A stretch of DNA of 44,445 nucleotides. It comes from Intoshia linei. Its lineage: Eukaryota > Animalia > Orthonectida. Below are positions 23,479 through 35,440 of this stretch, in pieces. The stretch spans positions 1 through 44,445 of the forward strand of contig LWCA01000174.1 in NCBI GenBank assembly GCA_001642005.1. Direction: 5' to 3'. Under the pieces are notes generated by a model. The model was not told the DNA's origin, searched no databases, and saw only the letters and a program-made list of their open reading frames with translations. The first letter of the stretch is position 1; every line of letters begins with the position of its first letter. Both the position numbers and the translations under genes were made by a program.

Positions 23479-24648
23479 TTATATATTTTTTGTTATTTCA
23501 TACAATACATTTTACAAAACAAATATAGTCAACTTTATTTTTTGATAAATTCAATTTTTCTATATTTTTGTATATTCTTGGATAGCATTAGTAATTAACA
23601 AATATCTTGATATTTCTGTTATATATTATATAGGACAATTTTACTTCAATTCGTTATCTGAAATTCCATGTATAAATAATGGCGTATTTTCAAATTAAAA
23701 TGTTTTGTGACAATGATTTTTTTTGTTTTCTGATACAATGCTCTGTGACTACTGCAATTTGGAACCTTGTAATATCTTTAATTTGATATGAATATATTAA
23801 TATTGATTTACATGATTGAAAGTTTATTAGGGTGCAAAATCTGATTTATAATTGAAAATCTTGATAAATTTGTAACATGTAACGCTAACATGAACACTAC
23901 AGTAAATGTCAGATTTTAGGAAGATTCAATACATTTTGTACAATACAATACAGTAATATTTTCATGATACATTTTGTGAAATATCTCAATTATGAAGAAT
24001 TTATTTGTTTTAAATTCTAGGACTTTTCATTTTCAAAAAAATGGTAATTTGTTGTAAGATTTACGATTATGTTGGTGATTTTAAAACTTTCACTGGTGTT
24101 ACAACTTAAAAATGTTTTAAAATTTTCATTCTCTCGTAATGACTGAATTAATGTATTGATATTGATTGAGTATTGTATGTATTTGTATTGTATTGTAACA
24201 AACATGTCAATTGATTTGATAAGTTGAATGTATTGTATTGATACACAGGTTTAATTCAATTTTTTCATGGGTAATCGCGAAATTTGTTCTAAAAAAATAC
24301 CATTTTTTTTTGCGTCGCATGCACAGTAACGTACCAAATATAATTTTCCCATAGAATCCTTCAGGATCAAAAACCCAATTCCCCTTTTTTTTTTAAATCA
24401 AATCTAAATTAAAATTAAGAAACAATTTTATTTTACTATTTTGTAAATTTAATTTTTTAAAAAATTTATGTGACTTATTCTAAAAAAATACCATTCAATA
24501 TACAGTAGGTCTACTGAGTAGGGCATCATTTCACTTAGAAATCAGTTGTAGCATAATTTTTTTTTAATTTTGAACATTTTGCCTGCCTCGACTTCAACAT
24601 TTTGAAAATTAAGTTTCATAGATATTAATATTATCTTTTTATTATAAA

Positions 24649-24825
24649 TAGAGGTGGAAATTATGGGAACAACACAACACAAGCTCAAAAAAAATTTACT
24701 TAATACTCAACACAATACTCAAGCTCAAAAAATTTTTTGCACAATACTTAACACAATACTCAAGCTTGAAAAAAAATTTTGCACAATACTAAACACAAAA
24801 TTCATTGTGTTTTGTGCCACCTATA
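24649..24825. mobile_element. hAT (Ac-like) MITE with ~40-bp internal tandem repeats
   Basis: TIRs TAGAGGTGG / CCACCTATA; TSD ATTATAAA / ATTATAAG; about three copies of AACACAATACTCAAGCTCAAAAAATTTTTTGCACAATACT. Confidence 0.8.
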
Positions 24826-26867
24826 ATTATAAGACTTATATCTAAAAATTTATGCAGAATTTTCAATATTAATCATTTAATTATTAAATAATTGAATTAT
24901 AATAATTATTATTAAATTATCAACTCTATGCGAAGATGTTAAATATTTCATGGATACACGGATATATCCCATCATCTCAATACAGAAATTGGGACCTTTA
25001 TAAAAAGATCGATGGAATAATAAAGCAAATTATTTATTAAAATATTATTTGTTAGGTTCTGACAGATCTGACATCGTTGTTGATGCATGTAAATTTGTTA
25101 TCAATGAATGGTTCACTTGTAGAAGAAAAACAGAAAATTCAAAAGCTATTACAAATCTTGGTAGGTAAATCATTAGTGTTTCAATAAAAATGACATGTTA
25201 CTACCTTATTCTCTCAATGTGGATGTTACCAATTAAATTTGTGAAAGATTTCTTGGATATATAAAAAAATTTCTTGACCGTAACATTGTAGATAGATAGA
25301 AGCAAAATTACTTGTAAATTAATTAAATAAATTTTTAAATTTGAAATAATAAAAATAATTGTTTCCATTATTAATTATTATTTTTTAATGAAAATAAAGT
25401 ATTTCCGTTGTTTCCCCTTATTTTAATTAATTAAAACAGAAACTAATAATAAAAAACAACTAAACTCACCTTTCACGAATCTGCGTAAAATTTTACATAT
25501 CTTTACATAATTTTTATGAAAATTAATCGATTATAACAAATACAGTTCAATTTTTTAGCTCGGCTTCTAGAGAGTTCATACTACTTTTTTTCATTAATAT
25601 GTATTTAATACGTAAATAACTGAATTTTAAAATGGCACACTCATATTTTCATGGTTAAAATAAATTTTTTGTTATTATAAATTTTGGAATTTTTAAATTT
25701 GACCGATATTACAAAAAAACCCTTTTTATGAAAAAACCATGTGGGGTTAAATATTAAATTTTAAAACCTTAAAAATGAAAAAGGCTAAATTTTTTTACTA
25801 ATTTTTTTTAAAAATATATTTTCTAGGGGTTTTTAAGTAGGCTCTTCAACGTGGTATAGGGTATTTTCAATAAAAATCATTTTTAGTAAAAAACGAACAG
25901 CCCTAATATGCATAGATTGAAAAATATTAAAATTTTGATTCAATAAATAAAGATTCTAAGCAAAACCTGATACAGTTTGTGGAAGATCATAGAAGAAAAC
26001 ATTCGAAAACCACATTATGAAAAAAAATAAATTTTATAAAAGCCTTGACCGGGGCAGGGCAAATTTTTATAATTTTGAAATTTTTTTTTGGTATGTTCCT
26101 ACTTATACAAAATGGAAATGGTATGCAAAAATAGTTTTTGAAATTAAAAAAAAACACTAAAATGAACCACCCTAATATACAGTTAAAAAATATTTTGGGT
26201 AATATCAAAATAAGTACTATAATCTGGGTAATGTAATAAAAAAGGTTGGGAAACACTGTTTTAATAGAAATAAATAACTATTGAAATTAAGTGAAGTATA
26301 CAATGTATTCATTAATATATAATTTCTTCCGCTAACTGGCACTTTTGAAACGTTGATTTATGGTGATCCACAGCAAAAAAAAAGTTGAGAAACATTCCTA
26401 TAAAGTACTTAGGTTGAAATAGTTATGACTTTTTAAAAAAATATGCGTTTGTACAGGAATAGCTGTTTAATTTTTATTTATAAAGAGTCACGAATAAAAT
26501 AAATCATCTAAATTGAACATAGACTGAACAAAATATGAAAAACGACAGATATAAACATTGTTTATTACACAATGATGAACATTTCTTACTTGGCTTTTTT
26601 AAAACGTTTTGTTTTTATTTTATTCGAAAACATTTTCAGTCCGCCCTAGTGAAAAATATGGAAACCTCTTTAAAATTGAATTGATACAGATATTTTTAAA
26701 TGGTTGCCAAACTTAAGTATATGAAATATTAACATGAAGGATAAATTATATATTTATCCATAAGAAAAGTAAATATTGATATTGAGATTCAAATTAAATT
26801 TAAACTTGATATAAATGAATATTAAAATTATCCTACCCTTTTTTAATTTAATATTTTTATATCAAAG

Positions 26868-29800
26868 TATATCTGAATGTGATGTTCACATCGAAAACAT
26901 TTTAAAAAACAAAACGATCCTATATAAAGGTTAACATTTATTACGTAAACAGGTTAAATATAAATAATACACAAGAGTTGTTGTATTATATATATTTTTA
27001 TTCATTTCATACATATTAAACTATATTTGAACAGTAATTGATGCGATAGGAAAACCACCATCGGGTATTCAATATGGTCAATTGTATTGGTATGGTTCTT
27101 TTGAACAATGTGATGAGTTGACTCACACAGAAAAAGATTATCAATTTAAATATTGTCACGTTACCTTTTACATCAGTGAGCTTGTATAAAAAAAATTTGT
27201 AATCATTAATACTTTTTAGAATTTTCCTTTAATAGGAATTTGCATACCAAAGAGTTGTATTTCTAAAGTACAAAAATATGCAAATAAATTAAGGAATCAT
27301 GTAGGAACGTATAGTAATTTTTACGAAAAATTGATTGATTTAAAAATTTTATATAGTTGAAGTTAATTGTATTCCAGATCCTAACCATTACAAAGACGAA
27401 TCTTTTACAAGAAAGTTTTTCAAGTAATTAAAAATTTTTATTTTAAATATTTAATCGTAGATACTTTTTTATAACGTTTATAATATATCAAATTATAATG
27501 ACGATATGCGATTTTTTACAACGTTACGTTTTTACTGGAGGTTATTTTGTTATTTATTATTAAAATGTATGTATTGAATTGTATTATTATTATTTATAGA
27601 GGTATTCATTAGTGTAATTAATACAGGAATTAAGATGATTTGCTATAAAAATCCTTGAATTAATTATTTGGAATTTTATAAAATAATCTATGCCAAGGGG
27701 TTAGGTTTTTCATAGAAAGTATCAGTTTAAATTTTCTAAGTATCATACAAATTTATTCGAATTTATCCAATTAAAAAAGTAATAAACAGTGGCACGTGTA
27801 TCTCATAATTATGAAATATTATAATTATAATATTATATTATATATAATATTAATCAGAATAATCGATTCCTCGTTGTTTATGCCGTCAATATACACCACA
27901 TCAGTACTTACCTTTGTTACCCTTTTGCAATGTTCATGTTAATGTATAATACTACTTTTATGTATTTTATTTTTAGTTAAAAAAAATCGTATTGTAACAG
28001 CATGTTCAATTATTTCTAACATGGAAAATATTCTATACCTTCGACCTCATAATGAAGATTCACCTCAAATAACGTGCATTGAAGGTATGAAATCCTTTGG
28101 AGCAATGGGAATCATGTACGGACATTACATATTGGATGTATTAACGTCTTCTCGTAAATATTAATATTTATTAATTTATCATTTTTTAGCTAATCCTTTA
28201 TCAATTGCAAAATATTTGGGTCATCCATTAAGTCTTTTACTTTTTTCAAATTATTATATTAGCGATTGTTTCATTGTTATGTCGTACGAAACATTATTAT
28301 ATATATATAGTTAAATCTCTATAAAATTTAGAAGCTTTTTGGTTTCTTATTTGCTCTTGAAGAATTTAAATAAAGTAAAGTCCATCAGAAAAGCAAACTG
28401 GATCATGTATTATGTGGGAAGATTTATAAGGTTCCTTAATTTTTATATTATAATGTATACATAATTATATAAACAAATAAATTCAATAATAAAATGTTAC
28501 ATAAAAATGCCATTATCCACAATTACCAATCCTTTAAAAGTGTAGTTCCCAAACTTATTTCACCAGGGACCCGTCATTTCACGTTAAATTAAATTTAAAG
28601 TGAATATGTTAAAGTTGTATTATAGTAAGTGTATAAGTGTATGTAAGTGGTATAGTAATGTTATAGTTAAAGTGAAATTTAAATTTAAATTTGTTACACT
28701 TAATTTTATTATTTTAATAAAATAGTGAATATTCTTAAACCCAACCATTTTTACTAAAAATCCCCTTTTACCAACCCTTAAAAGAAAATCCACTTTTATT
28801 AATCCCTAAGGGAAAAATTTATTTTCACAAACCTTTAAGTCAAAATTCCAATTTTATCAAGCTTTAAGGAAAAAATCAAGTTTTATCAATCCATAAGGAA
28901 AAATTCAATTTTACCCTCCCTAAAATAAAAAAATCAGTTTTACAAAACCTTTAGGAAAAATTCCTGTTTTACTAACCCTTAAGTGAAAAAATCAGTTTTA
29001 ACTACTCTTTAGGGAAAATTCTACTTATACTAACCCTTAAGGAATTAATCCACGTTTACAAACCCTAAAACTGATTTTTTTCATTTTTAGAGTGGATAAA
29101 ACTGAATTGTTCCTTTTAGGGTTAGTAAAACGTATTTTTTCATTTTAGGATTGGTAAGACTGAATTTTTCCCTTAAGATTGTGTAAAACAGGAATTTTCT
29201 CAAAAGGGTTGGTAAATTTTGATTTTTAGTAAAAATGGTTGGATTTAAGTAAAAATTATTAAATTTATGTAAAAATAGTTGGATTTAAGTAGACACCCAA
29301 TAAAATAGTTACCAAATAAAAAAATGTATACTAAAATGTTTTTTTGACTGTGAAGGGGATACTTTGTAAAATTGAAAAATTTTGTGTGTGTTAACTAAAT
29401 ATAACTGTATAAGCTGTAATTTAGGAATTTTCTTTAAAGAAAAAGAGTAATTTGTGGTTTTGATTATGAAGATGTAAGTTTCAGAGGTTGAGATTTACGA
29501 AAATATTAATGATTTTTAAAACGCTTCCCCAAAATTTTTGTTTTTTTAAATTCTAGAATTCATTTTATTTTTTAGAAAAAGAATAATTTGGGTTTTTGAT
29601 CATAAAGGACACAATTTCTGATACTTATTCAGATTTTATTTTTACGATAAAACCTAATTCCCGAAATACTGTATTAAATTTTGGTTTTTTTAAATTCTAG
29701 GACTGTTAAATTTTTAATTAAACGATAATCACACAGACATTCAATTTTATGTAAATAAATAATTACATGTATAGTTTAAAACTCTATTATTATGGGGTTG

Positions 29801-32800
29801 CTGAATCACATCCATAGTTTTGATTTATGTAAATAACTTAAAAAATCTAAAACTTAACATGCTTTTTATTCCAAATTAATTTTTTTGTAAATTTACAACC
29901 CTATTGGTGTGTAAAAATATATTTAAAAAATGATTGAAAAATATTAATAGTAAATATTATTTATAGATTATTCCCACTATATTACATAACAGTGATTTGG
30001 TCAGATTATTTTATGAGTTCTATATACTACGGAATACGATTCGGTGCATACCAAGAAAGAAAGTAATCAGTATATTAAATATAAATACAAGTTATTATTG
30101 TTAGACAAAACTGTGATAAAAATTCTTGGAAAAATTACCTGTTTATACAAAATTTTTACGATGATAATAATGAACCCGTAAATTTTATACATTTATAATA
30201 TATTTAAATCTAAATGTAGTGTTTACGTTATTTGTGGTATATTGCTGTAGATTTACAATTATATCTGATTGCTCCATTTTTTGTAGCATTATTGTACAAG
30301 TAATTTTTTAAACATTATACTATTTGTATAAAAATCTAAACTAATTAAATTTAGAATTTGATTAATGAGGGTCAGTTACATGAGATTTTGTTTTGGACCA
30401 TAACAATAATTTTTTATCTTAAATATACAGCTTTTCTTTGCAAAATCTTATACAATACTAAAAATTTTCAGTAAGTGGACACCGGATATAAAATGTTTAC
30501 GAGTTTTTATCTGATTGTAAGCAAAATTCAATTTGATTGATAATTCAGTAATAACTGATTATAGTTTTGTCTAATTGAATTTCAATTTTATACAATTTAA
30601 AATGATTAATTGACTTTAAACCAACATAAAGTAATAGTTTCATAAATCTATGTGAAAATAATTTCAAAAAAAGGGTCATTTGTGGTTTTGACTATGAAAA
30701 TGTAATAATAATGATTAATGATTTTAAAAAGAGTCATGTTGGTTTTTGTTCATTATGATCTGAATTTCTAAATCAAATTATTCCAAAATATCGATCAGAT
30801 GAAATTCTTATTTTCTGTATATTATGAAATGGTAATTGCATTGGTCATAAAATTTTCCAAAAATAAGAAATTTTCCAACATTACATATCAATAAATAAAA
30901 ATAGTAGGCTTTCATGATTGTAGACTTGGAACATGTGGTCCCTATCCTTCTGTACGGTTCTGCTCGTCCCTAATTCACTAATGACTTGAAAACTCCGTCC
31001 GCTCTTAGTATATATGTTATGATTGCTATTAGTTGCATCGGTCATTATTTTTCATTTTTTTTGATTTTTATTATAATCAATCATTATTTATATATCATAT
31101 ATTATTTACTATATAAAATTTTGTAAAAGTTATAAAAAATTGTAGAAAAAAGAAATTTGGAATATTTGTTTCGATTTTGACAATTTTAGCAATTATAGGA
31201 CGATCTCTATATTATTCGTATACTTTAGATTTGACGATAGCTGTCATTCATAAAATTGCCGTTCCACGTGGAATGTAGGTATGTATGAAAACATATTTTA
31301 TTTCTTTTAGGTTTCAGATGTTGAAACACCTATATTATCCATGCTGGTCTCATTTACATTCATCTGTTTTGGGTATATTGACTGGATATGCCGTCTATCT
31401 GTATAAAATAAAAAAATATGCAATATTTTCAAAGGTTTTAAATTTACTGATAAAATTTTGTATAATTGAGGGTCGATAATCATTGTCAGCGGATAACAAG
31501 TGGTCCTTTGAATGATTTTAGTGGTATTTAGGTGGATTTTAGCAAAATTCGAATTATTCGTAGAAATATTTATAATATATAACATACTTTGTATATATAC
31601 ATATTATGTTAAACCAGCGGTCCCAAATGCAGGTCCTTGAAATCTTTTACCGGTCTGTAGAAAATGTTTTCGAAAATTGAAATTGATAAATATTATTATC
31701 AAATTTAAAATAACTTATTTTTTTAAATTTATTTTATTAACTTCGTTTTGGTGGTTCGTGATAAATTTATAAGTAAATTATTTTATTTTTTTTGTATGAA
31801 AATTTTAAATATGATTTTATGCAATTTTTTTGTACACAAATTTTAATGGTTTAAATGTTTTAATTTTAATTTTGTTTGTTTCAGTTTATTTACGCAAGTA
31901 AGATGCGTAAAGTTTTAAAAACATCAATTATATTACAGTTATTCGAAGATTAGATTTTATTGCAAATTTGACTTTAGAAATTGAGTCTTTTAATGAAAGA
32001 CTTTCAAAGTAAAAAACACAATTATCTTCTTAAATGAGACGTGTGTTTTTAAAATGTACAATGTACAGTGTACATTAGGGCTATTCCAATTAGGAATTGT
32101 TTTTGAAATTTAAAAAAAACATATATAGATAATAATCTCCATTTAATTTGCTGCGGAATGATATAATGTTTTTTATTTTCGTCACAAAAAACCCCCGCGT
32201 CTTTTCCTTTTTTTGTTTTTCTAACATTTTTCATTATAAAAAAATATGGCAACATTTTTCCACTTAGTTGCGATGCATTTTTATAATTTTAAGATATAAC
32301 ATAGATCATGTGACACTAATCATATTAATCAAAAAAAATCAATAAAAAATCTTTATTTTAGACACAGTTCACGGACAAACTTTTTGTCATTTTTAAAAAA
32401 ATTATATAATTTCATAAGACATGAATTTATATGAATTAGGTCATTATATTTTAAGTGTTTCTATTCAATTATTTTTTAAGTAGTACAAGTGTATTGTAAA
32501 ACAATAATTTTGTAAGTTAATAATATTACGAGTAAAACGAATTTAAAAATGATAAAATTTAATTCATTAATTTTGTGAATATACTGTTATTTCTTATTTA
32601 TTTTTTTACATAAGTGGATTTTTACATAGAAAATTTATACGAATTTATATTAAATTGAATTTAACAAACAAATATGAATTAAATTTGTTTATACATAATT
32701 TGTAGTTTTTGAACATATATTTTCAACATAAATAGTTAATTTGCTAACATTAATTGATGCCGAAAATGATCTTTCACAAATTTCAATAGTCATGATTATA

Positions 32801-33704
32801 CCGCTTGATTTAACAAAATATGAAAATGTTTCGGACATTTCTTGTAAACTTTCAAATTATGATATCATTATGCAGCAAATTAAGCGGCGTTTATTTTCTA
32901 TATATCATTAAGTATATTATTTTTATATTAGAAAAATGGAATAGCCCTAATGTACATTCTGATACATGTACCGATTTTAAAACTATGTACATTGTAAATT
33001 TCAATTTCAAAAACTTATATCATGATCAAAAAAAAACATTTTTTTTGGAAAAGTATTTCATAAATTATATTTTTGTAGGAGTTTACTAGTAAACTTATAA
33101 TTATAATTGAAATGTGAATAATCTTTTATACGTATTAATTACAGATTAATATTTTGAAATAGAATACAATAAGAATAATGTGGATTTTAATTATTTTACT
33201 TGCATCAATTACGTATTATTTATCCATTGATACATTACGGAATCAACAAACAAAAATATTCAGAACTAATTTCAATACGTTTATTCCATTAATTTTTTCT
33301 ATGTGTACTGCTTGGATAATTTTTACATGTTCCACGAAAAATGCTGGTAATTGATATTTTTATGATATATTATAAAAATATATAAATAATAATTAGAGAT
33401 TATTAACGACATGTTATCTCTTGGGGTGTTTAGAATATTAGGGAAAATGTCGTACACAGTATATTTGGTACACCCAATATTATATCGTTATTATTTTTTT
33501 GCTCAAATTGAACCATTCTACATGGATGTTTACACTCATGTAATTTTATTTTTTTACTTTACATGTGCCATTTAGTATAATATTTATTTTGGATTGGTTG
33601 TAGCAAGTTATTTGCTATCATTTATTGTTACAGCGTCAGTGGAATTGCCAATTTATAATGTAATAAAGTTGATAATTTCATCAAAAAAAGAAAAATTATC
33701 ATAA
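26868..33704 (+). CDS. Nose resistant to fluoxetine-6-like O-acyltransferase (NRF + Acyl_transf_3 domains); 5' end unresolved
   Basis: IDAIGKPPSGIQYGQLYWYGSFEQC (NRF domain); ITCIEGMKSFGAMGIMYGH; ISDCFIVMS; GRFIRLFP; CLRYLWYIAVDLQLYLIAP; LGKMSYTVYLVHP; SVELP; stop TAA 33702-33704. Junctions checked were in frame. Confidence 0.88.
28734..29248. repeat. Foldback-like element made of ~30-bp subrepeats
   Basis: Terminal inverted pair TTAAACCCAACCATTTTTACTAAAAATC / GATTTTTAGTAAAAATGGTTGGATTTAA. About ten forward TTTTACYAACCCTTAAGGAAAAAAT-type units, then about four inverted units. Confidence 0.75.
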
Positions 33705-33776
33705 AATTATGGTAGTAATAAAAATTATTTTTTTATTTTGTCTCTATTAATGTATTCGTACATTTTCTGTATAAAC

Positions 33777-34247
33777 CAGTGCTTCTCATGGGGGTGAATA
33801 CTAAAATTTTAGATGATTGGGGTGAATAGGGGGTGAATAATAAATTTTTAACATATTTTATTCAATTTAGTCAAATATGTGAAAAAACCAAAATTTTACC
33901 AACCGTTAAAAAAAAATCCCTTTTTACCAATATTTTTTTGAAAAATCCAATTTTATCAAAATTTTATATTGGAAATCTCTCTATCTGATTCCAAAAGAAA
34001 AAACCAAATTTTACATGTTTCGTGTACAAAATTGACTTAACCCTTTCATACATTCAGTTTAACCAAATTTCAAAATCGAATTTTTTTTTAAAGTTGCTCA
34101 TCTAATTGATATTCTAATTAATAAATAAATTATGGCAATCATAATTACTGTATTTTCTGTATTAAATTGTGTATTTCTACACAATTATGACATGTCATAA
34201 TAATTGTTTTATTGGGGTGAATGTTCAAAAAAGTTTAAGATCCACTG
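33777..34247. mobile_element. hAT (Buster-like) MITE
   Basis: Termini CAGTGCTTCT / AGATCCACTG; perfect TSD GTATAAAC at 33769-33776 and 34248-34255; repeated GGGGTGAAT subterminal motifs. Confidence 0.9.
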
Positions 34248-34312
34248 GTATAAACAGTTTATTTATGTATTACATTTATTATTTAAATTTTCCGATTACT
34301 AATCTTCAACTA

Positions 34313-34471
34313 CTATAAAATTAATCTATTAATTTCCTTTCCACGGTCCTGAACCAGAGCCGAGGCCACCGAAACTGAAAAATAAGCCACTAAATAATTT
34401 CCAATACGACGCGTAGTATCATATAATCCTATCCACCTGTCCAAGGCATTTGCCAAATGTTGATTTGGCAT
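34313..34471 (-). CDS. Small (52 aa) putative single-pass membrane protein, possibly ATP5MK/DAPIT-like
   Basis: ATG at 34471 in aaaATG context; GC content exon-like against AT-rich flanks; hydrophobic NYLVAYFSVSVASALV. Confidence 0.4.
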   Translation of the reverse strand: MPNQHLANALDRWIGLYDTTRRIGNYLVAYFSVSVASALVQDRGKEINRLIL

Positions 34472-35440
34472 TTTAAATTTGACACATAAAATAGTTATGA
34501 AATTCAAGAATGTATTTATTATAATTATTTTAATAATGTTCAATTTGGTTCAATAAAGCAACAATTTTATAAACATTTCGTCGTGGTCCCCTCGACGAAA
34601 GACAAATTTGGTGTCGCTACGATACGTTCTTCACGTCTTCAAATAATGTAGGTAGTTGTAATGTGACCTGACTTTTTCATAAAAAATTGAGAAATTCTTT
34701 GGTCATTTTATTGTTCGAGATAAAATTGTGTGTAGTATACGGTTCATCGTTTAACCATTGTCCATCTCTTAACAAAAATATTTTAAAATTGACTAAACTG
34801 ATTGACATTTTGCCATATAAAATATAAAATATTTTAAATATTCTTAAAGAATAGAATAATTATACTTTATTTATTAAGACGGTTTTAGACAAAAATTTTA
34901 TTTTGGTTTACACATATAGTTTCATGTATCACGTTGCATGTCCAATTCTCCTTTCCGTAGCTATTAATCAGTGAACGAGTGCAATTTATATTAAAGCAAA
35001 TTCCTTTAAGTGGAAATATTGATTAATTCCATCTGCCTCATAAATTGATTATAGTCGTCAAATAATATTCAAATAATTGTGTCATAAAATTGTACAAAAT
35101 ATATATTTTACTTTGACGGTGTCTAAACGTGCATTGCAACAAATTTATTATCGATTTTTAATAACAATGTAATAAAATATTGATTATTAATTCTCTTGCT
35201 ATGTGGCGTAAATAGATTTGCGCTCCCTAGGCTAACTTTAAAATAATTTTATCAAGATCAATAATCCAATTTTAAATATAATCAACAATGAAACCAAACA
35301 GTTTTCATTTTCTATAAAAGTGTAGTTTCAAGATAATCGTCCATTGTTGTGTCATTCGTGTTTTTGTTGTACGTGACACATTTGTTGTAATTGTATCACA
35401 ATATTAATTATATAAAATTATCGTTTCTTGCCATTTCATA

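Noticed and set aside
24670-24800. CRISPR-like repeats (also 28734-29248)
   Set aside because: Eukaryotic context, no unique spacers, no cas genes; the repeats are internal to TIR elements
24930-25320. Exon-like + strand fragment (GSDRSDIVVDACKFVINEWF...)
   Set aside because: Stops in all frames and no recognisable family
31274-31280. Apparent in-frame TAG in the NRF-6-like gene
   Set aside because: Using the GTAGGT donor at 31275 removes it and keeps frame (AT|G TTT CAG)
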